DNA of 64,000 bases from NCBI RefSeq assembly GCF_009914755.1, contig NC_060926.1; one strand, given 5' to 3'. Shown piece after piece: positions 53,416-64,000 of this stretch. Below the pieces are notes generated by a model, which was given only the letters and a program-made list of their open reading frames with translations, did not search any database and was not told the DNA's origin. This DNA is from the human T2T-CHM13v2.0 reference genome, Homo sapiens. A program made the position numbers and the translations under genes. The stretch's first letter is position 1. Each line of letters starts with the position of its first letter.

Positions 53416-54527
53416 AACTATTAATGAGTTTCTATTTTCTGCCAGATATTGTACAAGCTACTTTCTGCTGGACACTGCACAAACTACTCTTTTCAAGTAA
53501 ACCCCCATCCTAATTCAAATAGACATTAGAGATGTATAATCATGTATATGTATTTGACATAATACATATAATTCTATCACATGTAATACTAAAAGTTATA
53601 ATGATTGGCAAAATGATGGAGCAAGGATTCTTAATTAGGAAGATCATATTCCAAATCTTTGACTCTTTCAACTACCCAGTATTAGTATAGGATCCCAAAA
53701 TGAAGAGTAACAAGAATTAGTTTGGTTTATTCTCCTTACTTGAACTCACTTGAATATAAATACCACTGTAAACTTCACATACAGTTTCTTGACTAGCTTT
53801 AGTCGTGGTTTATCTTCACAAGAAAGAATCATTAACTTTTGGTACGAGAAGAAGTTAACATTTCAAGACTACAGAACATAGGCTTCACTCATCCTACTTT
53901 GAAATAAAATGGGGTTTTATAAAAGACGAGGTATTTCTGTTTGTTGAACAGAAGGCAGCACAGGGTGTATGTAGAATAAATGCTATGAATGATTATAAAA
54001 CCAAAACATTAGGGAGAAAAAGGGCAATTGCATACTAGGATTAAAGACTAAGCCAATAAATTAATATTCAGCTGATGACAAATAATACTATTAGAAGGAA
54101 GGAAGGTCATTAGTGATGAGGAATTGGTATCAATAGTCAAACTGAAAACTGAGATTAGGTTCAAAAAACAGTGGCTGCTGTCACACCCCAGGGCATAAAA
54201 GATAATGCAAAAGAATCCATTATATTGCTCCATCTGTATTTGTAAATACCAAATATTTTTTATATTGAACTGAAACCAAGAAATACATCGGCGGCCTCAA
54301 CAAGGAAGACAGTCCACGTATTATGTGAAGAATGTGAATTTTAGAAACTTCTGTAGGAAGAAAAAACACCTGAAGAAAATCCTGCTGTGTCTCTTTGTAG
54401 ATGTAACAAATGGAAATTTATCAGGTATGATATGTGAGAGACCATTTGAGTTTCTAAAAGGCCCCATTATCACTGAAGCAAAAAAGTAGGTTGACAGAGC
54501 AAATGGTTTGCTTCACCTAATAAAACA

Positions 54528-54683
54528 GTATTCCTTCACCTTGATAGAGCCTCATCATTTCCTGTTGTACCCATTTCAGAGTCATTCCGCAAAAGAAAAG
54601 CTCAGGCTTGTTACTGTGATATAAAGTGCGTTGCTCGCAAAATGTCACTCCTTATATTCATGGATGACTTCAGCAAAGACCTG
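54528..54683 (+). repeat. Unique segment X, source of the inverted copy at 56470-56625
   Basis: Gap-free manual alignment, 138/156 identical to the reverse complement of 56470-56625. Confidence 0.95.
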
Positions 54684-55499
54684 GAACAATTTGATAGAGC
54701 AACTGAAACCAAAAATGTGTGCTTTATAAATATAGAGTGATTCACATAAAATCTGAATCTGAAAGCTTCAGGAAAAATGTGTGAAAAATAAAAATCAGTA
54801 ACCCATCGTTATGCTTTCATGGGTGTTGTCAAATCAATTTTGTTTTTCGGGATAAAGAAATAGTTGAGAAATGTTGCTAATATAAGACATCTTTTCACTT
54901 TTGCCGGATAGATTTACCTGGTTCTAGACAGGAAATCACACATTGGAACAAAAATGGAATTTTGATCAAAGTGGGCAGAAAGACAGATAATATACAGATC
55001 AGTTAATCTATTTGTATAATTATGGTTATACAAATATATATGTGTATAGTTTATAGCCAAGAAATGTATACACCTTTTAATCTTTGAAGTTGATATGTGT
55101 ATTTTCAAATCATTCCAATGCATTTCTCTTCTGATTCTTACCACTGTAAATTTAACCCCTAAGAATTTAAATAGTCATAAACTAAGTGCTTACATTAAAA
55201 ACGTCTACTCTTGGAGAAGACATACTGAAAATCACCAGCAGTTTTAGGTCATATTAAATTAGTTTACACACATATACACACACACACTAGATAGATAGTT
55301 CAATCAACTTATCAATAGATAGAAGACAGATAAATATAGATGTAAATATGTAGTTATGTTTCTATATAAATCCATTGACAGCAGTCTACGTGAAAATGAC
55401 ATATTATGGCGCTTTTGGTACATTATCAGTGGACAATGCCTTGCCAGTATTGAAATAAAATTGTAACTGTTGTGAATCATTTCATTAGAAAGTTTAAGT

Positions 55500-55636
55500 C
55501 ACCTTGGTACAGTGGCTCATATATGCACCCATAATCCCAGCATTTGGGGAGGCAAAGAGGGGAGGATTGCTTGAGGCCAGGAACTCAAGACCATTCTAGA
55601 CAACATAGTGAGACCCAGTCTTTACAACAACAACAA

Positions 55637-55668
<32 letters not shown>
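55500..55668 (+). mobile_element. FLAM_C-like Alu monomer with (CAA)n plus A31 tail
   Basis: aatcccagcatttggggagg...ggaggattgcttgaggccaggaactcaagacc...aacatagtgagaccc. Confidence 0.85.
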
Positions 55669-55674
<6 letters not shown>

Positions 55675-56078
55675 GGTATCTAGATATCCATAAGATACAT
55701 CCCCAAGATTTGGTAGGTGAGCAGTATTGAAATATTCATCTGAAGAATAAAAATATGAAGGACTATTTTTGTAAGCAGATAGCATTTAAAAAAATGCAAT
55801 AAAATTCTGTCTAAAAATGGAGACAGGATTCTTCAATATGTATGATTAGAGGAGAATAAAAGACACTCATTGACCACATATGGTCTAGCATGGTTAAAAA
55901 CACCTGGATTAAGCATTTACTTTTGCTTCTTGATTCCAATAAATATTAGTAGAAAGTGATTAAGGAATAGTAAGAGTACTAAATGGAATAAAAGATAGGA
56001 GCCTGAAGTGTAAAAGTTTTCTCTGTCCTTAGTAATTTATAGGTATTAATGAGATAATATTAACAATGACAAAACAAA

Positions 56079-56753
56079 TCCTTCCTTCTTTCCTTCCTTC
56101 CTCACTTCCCTTCCCTTCCCTTCCCTTCCCTCCCCTTCTCTTCCTTTCCCTTCCCTTCCCTTCCTTCCCCTCCCCTCCCCTCCCCTCACTTCCCCTCCCC
56201 TCTTCTCTTCTCCTTTTCTTTTCTTTTTTCTTCTCTTTTCTTTTCTCTTCTTTTCTTTCTTTCTTTCTCAGGGTCTCACTCTGTTGCTCCAGCTGGACAC
56301 AGGACAACAAACAGCAGCTATCTGGCATAACAATTCTCAGAATGGTGATGGAGATTATTTGAACACATGTGAGAATTTTCTCATTGCTCCCCAAAAGCAA
56401 TGAGATTTCTCATCACAGGAGTCGGAGGTCTTGCATAAGCAAAAGAGGCATGCAAGTCAGAAACAAAGTCAGATCTCTGCTGAAGTCATCCGTAAATATA
56501 AGGAATGACATTTTGTGAGCAATGCACTTTATATCACATTAACAAGCCTGAGCTTTTCTTTTATGGAATGACCCTGAAATGGATACAACAGGGAATGATG
56601 AAGATCTGTCAAGCTGAAGAAATACAACGGTGTGATCATAGCTCACTGCAGTCTCAAAGTCCTGGGCTCAAGATCCTCCCACCTCAGCCTCCTGAGCAGC
56701 TTGGAGTTTAAGCAAGGTCCACCACACCTGTCTAGTATTTTATTTTTTGTAAA
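56079..56753 (-). mobile_element. AluJ/FRAM right arm with an expanded pyrimidine tail (56079-56269), split by a 334-bp inverted templated insert (56292-56625)
   Basis: cagggtctcactctgttgctccagctgga (to 56297), then resumes at ~56626 with ...ggtgtgatcatagctcactgcagtctcaaagtcctgggctcaag, ending at the A-rich linker tattttttgtaaa. Confidence 0.9.
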
Positions 56754-56927
56754 TGTTTCTGACTTGTATACCTCTTTTGCTTACGCAAGACCTCAGATTC
56801 CTGTAATGATAAGTCTCAATGCTTTGGGGGAACAAGAAGGAAAGTCTCACATGTGTTCAAACAATCTCTATCACTAATCCAAGAATTGTTATGCCAGATA
56901 GATGCTGCTTGTTGTCCCGTGTCCAGC
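56292..56927. repeat. 174-bp inverted repeat pair (56292-56465 vs 56754-56927) with a 288-bp spacer
   Basis: Gap-free manual alignment, 150/174 identical in reverse complement. Confidence 0.96.
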
Positions 56928-57618
56928 AAAGACTCTGGAGCCCCTCAGTTGCAAAAGCTGCTGAGTGTTCTGTTAAATCCTATTATTTTCCATATGGTAG
57001 AATAGAGAGTGGTCTATTTTAAATAAATTTGACTATTTATTTTAATCCAAAAAAGTAATAAATTAAAATTAATACACTTGGTTACTTAATTTAATTAGAC
57101 AAAATATATATAAGCAGCTCAATGGTCTTCACTTTTGATGGCCTCCAGAGAAATGATAAAATTTTCACATCATTTTAATAAAAACACAAAAGAGAATAGA
57201 AATGGGAATGAAAGCCATTAGCTTGAAATTCTTCATGAGATTTAAGACAGACAAAGATGTGTTGTGGCCTTGGATAGTAAATAATTTAAAGGTGTATTAC
57301 TTCCCTTCAAGCAATTGTATTGATGTCATTAAAATATTCCTCTTTACTTTTTAGTCAAAAACATAGTTTAGTGGTTGAGATCAAATCTAAGATGGCTAGA
57401 CAATCTGTCACTTTTAAGTGAGTACAAATGACATGTTTTTTTTTTTTAAAAAAAGAAGAGACTATGTCATTCATACAGTAAACATTTATTAGAGGCTTAT
57501 CCTGAGCATGATAATCTGTGTATGTTGAGATAACAATTAAAAAATCAGATTTGGATACTACACGTGAAAATTGTGTAATCTGATAGAAAACATATGATCA
57601 AAATAAGATCTTTTAAAG

Positions 57619-57670
57619 TGAAGCGCTTTAACTAAACCTGTATATGAAGCGCTTTAACTAAACCTGTATA
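57619..57670. repeat. Perfect 26-bp tandem duplication (tgaagcgctttaactaaacctgtata)x2
   Basis: Seen directly. Confidence 0.97.
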
Positions 57671-57734
57671 TGTGTAATAGCAACAATGGCAAATAAAGTG
57701 TTTACTGTGCACAGGTATTCTTTTTCTTTTAATG

Positions 57735-57908
57735 TATTTGTTTATTTATTTGCTGGTTTGTTAGAGAGGGAATCTCACTCTGCCGCCCAGGCTGGAGTGC
57801 AGTGGCATAACCATAGCTCACTGCAGCCTCGAATTTCTGGGCTCAAGACATCGTCCTGTCTCAGCCTCCTGAGTTGCTGGGATTACAGCATGAGCTACTA
57901 TGCTTGGC
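57735..57908 (-). mobile_element. Old Alu right arm (FRAM/AluJ), followed by a MIR at ~57920-58110
   Basis: tctcactctgccgcccaggctggagtgcagtggcataaccatagctcactgcagcctcg. Confidence 0.82.
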
Positions 57909-59539
57909 TCTTGTATTCTTTTATGTTCTTTTCATTTGTTAACTCAATGAGTCCTAATAAAACTCATTTAGTTAGGTGCTATTATTATCCTCATTTTCCG
58001 TGGTTCCACTAAAGTTTGAGTAAGCTTCAAGTTCACAGAGCTAGCAAATATTAGAGACAGATTTTGAGCCAACACAGAGTTGCTTAAAAGTTTTTATTAT
58101 TAAACACTATTTCGTAGTGTAATTCAGATTAAGGAATTACAATTAGCACAGAAATGTATTCAGGAATATATATGTGATATACAAAGGGTGGTAGTTATTC
58201 AGTATTGATACTAAAAAGCATAAACATTGTATAGAAATCATTAGGGATGATTATAATACAGAGTTTTTGGAATAACCTCTTCAAGACATGAGATTATTTT
58301 CCAACTTGCTAAGAAAATTATGTGTTCTTGAGGAGAAAAATGGGGACATCTGACATACACAATCATAAGATAAAACTCATAGCAATGTTTACTTTGAGTT
58401 AAAGGAAGGGGTACACTGGAAGAAGTGAGAGCAGTTAGCATTTTCAAAAAATTTTCTTTTGTTATTAAACTGTATTACTTGATTTCTAGTTCATTCATAA
58501 TTTTCATTTATTATTCATTTTATTAAATTATTGATTTTTTTACTTTTCTAGATTCTTGAGTTGGAAATCATATCTTATCTTTAATAGCCCATGTTATGGC
58601 AGACAAAATTGGTCACCCATAGTGCAGCCATTTTCATGATCGTGGTATCAAGAGTGATAGCTTTGCTCAGATGGTCATCTAGTATTTAAAGAAAACATAA
58701 AAAACAATCAATTGTGTTCTATCCTTTGCTCTGATTTTACTATTTTCTATGTTTAGTCTCCAGTGTGTATTTGGTTTCTTAAAATACTCTCACAAGCAAA
58801 TTTATACATATTTCTATGATATTGCCATGTAATACTGTCCATAATTTAATCTTCAACATGTTAACTTAACTTTGCCGTATGTATACTTAAAACATAAGTT
58901 CTTCCACAGTAGAATGTGTTCCTGAAATCAGAGAAAAACCAGTATGTTACCGAAGGAAGTAATGAAGTCAATAGAGACAGAGAACAATATTTGTAGATGT
59001 ATTAACAAAGGCTAATTCTTGAGCTGCTGTTATCGTGGTTTTTTTAAACATTTTAAATTTTTATTTACCCTTTCATCCAAAGTAAATAAATATGTTGATT
59101 AATAGTAATTCAATTTCTGTTACAAATGTTTTGTTATTTTCTTAAATGTACTTTTCAAGGCAATTTCCCAATGAGTATTTTCTGCTGAGAAGCATATACT
59201 AATTATTTAATGAAAGAAAAGTAGTCTATAATAACTCTCTCTCACTCTCCTCTTTCTCTCCCTCTATTTTCTCTTTCTCTCTCCCCCTCTTTTCTCTTTC
59301 TCTCTCCCCTTCATTAATCATTTATATACTAGGGAAATTTTTAAGCTTTCTATTACATTTATCCTAGATAAACTTGATGCAATATTTCCTTAAAAAAAAC
59401 TTTATTAATAATAAATTAACTTCTCTGTGAACTAAAACATTACAGAAAACAAAATTGTCAGTTTCAGAATTTATTAAATCAAAAAGGCAATTGTTTTTCA
59501 TTTCCAAAATGATATCTTAAGAATGAATGCTAAATATAC

Positions 59540-61500
59540 AAACTGACAATTTCAATCTGTTAATAGAAATTATAAAGATAGGCAAAAATAATGAATAGTA
59601 TAATAAATGCCCCCGTTTCCACCATTAAGATTCAAGAATTATCCTCATTCAGCCAATCTTGTTTTATCCCTATTTTCTCTACCGCTTTTTTGTTTTAGTT
59701 AGAGCATTGAAATGCAAATTTCAAGTTTATCATTTCACTCTTAAATATTTCCATATAGATAATGAACAGATAAGCGTCTTTTAAATTATAATCAAAATGC
59801 CATTATCACATGTCACCAAATTTGTAATATTTCCTCAATAATGTCCAATACAGCCCATGTTCAATTATCTCAAAGTGTATTTTTGTAGTTCATTTTACTG
59901 GGTTGCAGACAAGGTTCACATACTGGTTTACTTGACATATTTTTTAATTTTTTTAAAACTTAAAACAAAATTCTCACTTTAAACCGGGTCATTTGACTTA
60001 TAGAATTTCGTGATTGCTTCCTCATCTTCTTAACTGAGAAAACAAGAGGCTTGATTAGATTAGTGTTCATTTGTTAGGGATAGCAATGTTTCTTTAAAGG
60101 TGATATATTCCTTTTAGTACCATATCAGGAGGTTCATAATGTCTGTTTGTCCCTATAACTGAGAAGATTGAGAAGTAGGTTCAAGTGTTTTTAACCTCAT
60201 CCATCCATTGTAAAGTTTCCCATTAACCTTCTGCCTAATGGCTTTAGCATCCACTGATGATCATAGCCTCAATATATTATTTAAAAGGGGTTTCAAAGTA
60301 GTAATTTTCTAATTTCATCGTTCCTTTTGCATCTGCTAGCGCAATTATCTGACAGAAGCAAAAAGATGATTTTCCTTATCAAATATTAGGATATTCTGAG
60401 TTTGTTTAGAAAAGGAAGAATAATTACATGCTTATTTTTCCCCACTTTTATTAATTTTGAGAAAAAATATATGATGTTTTAGAAACTTTCGTAGTTGAAT
60501 AATAAATATATTTTAGTATCACTATGAACTCATATTTTTAGATATTTGAAAAGTTTTGGCCTCTTGCCCTCATAAGATGTTCAACTCTAATGAGTGAAAG
60601 CCCTTTCAGGGGCTCCTGTTTCCCTTTGGCACGGCCTCAGTAGCATTTGATACACTCTGTACTTTGTCACATCGCCTTGTCTCAGGCTTACCCAGTGCCG
60701 TTCACAAGACCTGAAAGTGGCTGTTTCTCTAAGAAACTGTAATTACCTTAATGGGAAGTGGTCTTAAAAATCACATTATGGATTCTAATGGTACTTATTG
60801 TAAAAAAAAATTTTAGTTTTTTGAGTTAGAAAATATATATTGATTAAATGGAAGAAACAAAATATCAGTTTATACTGGTATTTCAAATTTATATTCAGGG
60901 TCACATTTTTTTAACCTATACACTTATGTATGTTGTTATGCTGAAAAAAATCTTGCTTTCTAACAAAGTAAAATAATTAGTTGTTTAGTTGTGTTATCCA
61001 AAAATATGCACATAATCATTTATATCTATATATCTATATATATATATATATATATATCTCTCTCTCTCTATATATATATATATATCATTATTACTGGGAA
61101 CTAGAAGATGACTGAATGCAGCTTGGGATTGTTTTAATCCTTTTCATGTGTCTTACCAGAAATGTGCAGTCAAAAGATTGTACTTTACTATCACTTGAAA
61201 TAATTCTCTGTTATGCTCCAAATGGATATACATATTTAAGTACATTTGTTTCAGTTTCCTTTCAGTTTTTAGGAATTTCTTTTTCAGTTTTTTATGATTT
61301 GTGACTATTATTATTAAATAAAACACTATTGAGTTCCAAATTCCACATTATAACATAAGCTTATTAAAAGAGAGTTCATTAAGAGAAGCCTAACTCTCGT
61401 CTCCATCCCTTCCATTCCTTTCTTCCTCATACCCTTTCTTCTTAAGTTTTAAGTTTATTCTCTCATATTTCCTTTATTGAAATATGAGTGAGTATGTATG
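59540..61500 (-). mobile_element. Long old L1 (L1MC4-like) 3'UTR
   Basis: catatcaggaggttcataatgtctg...ccatccattgtaaagtttccc...gctttagcatccactgatgatc motifs. Confidence 0.65.
61021..61085. repeat. (TA)n(TC)n(TA)n microsatellite
   Basis: Seen directly. Confidence 0.95.
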
Positions 61501-62412
61501 AACACACCTACACATATTTACTTCCCCTACCTTTTATATTATCATGGCATACTATAAGACTTCATCATGTAAATAATTAAATATAGTGTTTTATTATACT
61601 TAATAATATGTATGGTTCTGTACATTTTCTCCCCAACCCCCATAACCATATATTCATGGAATAGGTGTATATTAATATTTAGTTTCCTTTCTTATAATCT
61701 TTTTATTCAATTTTTACCATCCTTTAGGTAAAGCTACCAAAGTTTATTCAACTGGTGCATACTCATGGATATAGCTGCATATATCTGTCAAAGACATTGC
61801 TATTCAAACATAAATATTAGATCTTGTGAGTACAAGCATTCTTTATTAAAAAAACTTTTTATGTATAAGAAATAAGTATAAGAAACTACTTTATAAATGA
61901 TTAATATTCTTTAGAATAAAAATATAGGGATTGAAAGCAAAAGCAGGTTAAGAAAAAGAAAGAAAGAGAAAGTGAAAAAAGTAGGAAACAAATCACAATA
62001 GTAATAGATTCTGCAAATCAAAAATATTTAAGGCATTTTAATTTTCACAGAAAATCAAGAATAAAATAATACCTTCTATAGGATAATAAACAAGAGAGTA
62101 GATATGAAGAAGGGATAGGTTGGTATTCCAAAATAAAAAAATAGTACAAATAGAATAAAATAAAAATATGCAGGAAATGAAGATCTGATTTTTATGTTAA
62201 AAAAACTAACCTGATATTAGCAAAGTAGAAAATTTCTCCTTTTTTTAACTTAAAACTTCAGGGAAATACACTTCAAAAATTTAGAGAGAAGATACGTTTG
62301 AATTTTGATACATAAAGTAACATTTTCACGGTTTTTTCAGTTGTTTTAGATTTCAAAAGGTAAAGGATTATTATTTAGGGAGAACTGCTTTACAAAAAGT
62401 CGTGACTAGGAC

Positions 62413-63765
62413 AAAGCAGGAAAGATCTAAAATTAACACACTAACATCACAATTAAAAGAACTAGAGAAGCAAGAGTAAACCAATTCAAAAGCTAGCAGA
62501 AGACAAGGAATAACTGAGATCATAGCAGAGCTGAAGGTGATAGAGACACAAAAAACCCTTCAAAAAATCATTGAATCCACAATCTGGTTTTTTGAAAAGG
62601 TTAAGAAAATAGATAGATCACTAACCAGACTAATAAAGAAGAAAAGAGAGAAGAATCAAATAGACACAATGAAAAACCATAAAGGGGAAATTACCAGTGA
62701 TCCGACAGAAATACAAACTACCATCAGAGAATAATATAAACACCTCTACGCAAATAAACTAGAAAATCTAGAAGAAATGGATAAATTCCTGGACACATAC
62801 ACCCTCCCAAGACTAAACCAGGAAGAAGTTGAATCCCTGAATAGACCAATAACAAGTTCTGAAATTGAGTCAGTAATTAATAGCCTACCAACCAAAAAAC
62901 GCCCAGGATCAGACGGATTCACACCCGAATTCTACCAGAGGTACAAAGAGGAGCTGGTACCATGCCTTCTGAAACTATTCCAAGCAATAAAAGAGGGAGT
63001 CGTCCCTAACTCATATTATGAGGCCAGCATCATCCTAATACCAAAACCTGGCACAGGCACAACAAAAAAAGGAAATTTCAGGCCAATATCCATGATGAAC
63101 ATTGATGCGAAAATACTTAATAAAACACTGGTAAACTGAATCCAGCAGCACATTAAAAAGCTTTTCCATCATGATCAAGTTGGCTTCATCTCTGGGATGC
63201 AAGGCTGGTTCAACATATGCAAATCAGTAAATGTAATCTGTCACATGAACAGAACCAATGAGAAAAACCACATGATTATCTCAATAGATATAGAAAAGGC
63301 CTTTGATAAAATTTAACACCCCTTCATCCTAAAAACTCTCAATAAACTAGGTATTGATGGAATATATATCAAAATAATAAGAGCTATTTATGACAAACCC
63401 ACAGCCAATATCATACTGAATGGGCAAAAGCTGAAGCATTCCCTATGAAAACTGGCACAAAACAAGGATGCCCTATCTTACCACTCCTATTTAACAAGTA
63501 TTGGAAGTTCTGGCCAGGGCAATTAGGAAAGAAAAAGAAATAAAGCGAATTCAAATAGGAAGAGAGGAAGTCAAATTGTCTCTGTTTGCAGATAATATGA
63601 TTGTATATTTAGAAAACCCCATCATCTCAGCCCAAAATCTGTTTAGGCTGATAAGCAACTTCAGTAAAGTCCCAGGATATGAAATCAATGTGCAAAAATC
63701 TCAAGCCTTCCTATACATCATTAAAAGACAAACAGAGAGCCAAATCATGAGTGGACTCCCATTCA
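62413..63765 (+). mobile_element. L1PA ORF2 internal fragment (linker to RT domain), truncated at both ends
   Basis: ORF pieces [26 protein letters not shown]..., [17 protein letters not shown] and [16 protein letters not shown] (catalytic FADD mutated to FADN), with stops and frameshifts. No 3'UTR or poly-A. Confidence 0.95.
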
Positions 63766-64000
63766 ACTTCCAAAAAGATAATTTATACATGAAAACACTC
63801 AGAATGTATGCATCTTATACCTAGTATCTAATAAAAAGTAAAGCATCTGAATGATCAAGTCAGTTTAGTCCTGAAACAAATACTCTTATTTAAATGAAGC
63901 AATTTTAATTTTAAAAGATTAGCAGGACTATGTATAGATAAACATAAAATTGTTCTATTCCTTGCAAACATAATTATAGTAATTTCCATTAAAACATATA

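Noticed and set aside
56029-56400. K/E/G/R-rich and F/S/P/L-rich ORFs
   Set aside because: Translations of the polypyrimidine Alu tail.
56292-56927. Inverted repeats as the TIRs of a MITE or DNA transposon
   Set aside because: One arm sits inside an Alu and the other outside it, there is no TSD, and the spacer holds Alu sequence plus a copy of 54528-54683. A templated rearrangement fits better.

Overview
Eukaryotic, AT-rich, gene-poor primate DNA. AluY and LTR12C/ERV9 point to an ape or human lineage, but the species cannot be fixed from this window. I see no intact protein-coding gene, rRNA, tRNA or CRISPR array. Much of the window is retrotransposon or DNA-transposon remnants: L1PA/L1PB/L1M, Alus, a solo LTR12C, MER4, MST MaLRs, Tigger1, MIR and L2. 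Two items are not explained by standard repeats. (1) An isolated 141-bp fragment of gamma-crystallin exon 2 (CRYGD-like; probably the CRYGGP gene fragment) lies at 1605-1745 (-), between an L1 antisense promoter and two solo LTRs. (2) At 56.1-56.9 kb an old Alu is split by a 334-bp insert. The insert is an inverted, gap-free fusion of two local unique sequences lying 2 kb apart (54528-54683 and 56754-56927), with microhomologies at the junctions. Repeat subfamily names come from recalled consensus sequences, not from an alignment run, and the boundaries of old elements are approximate.
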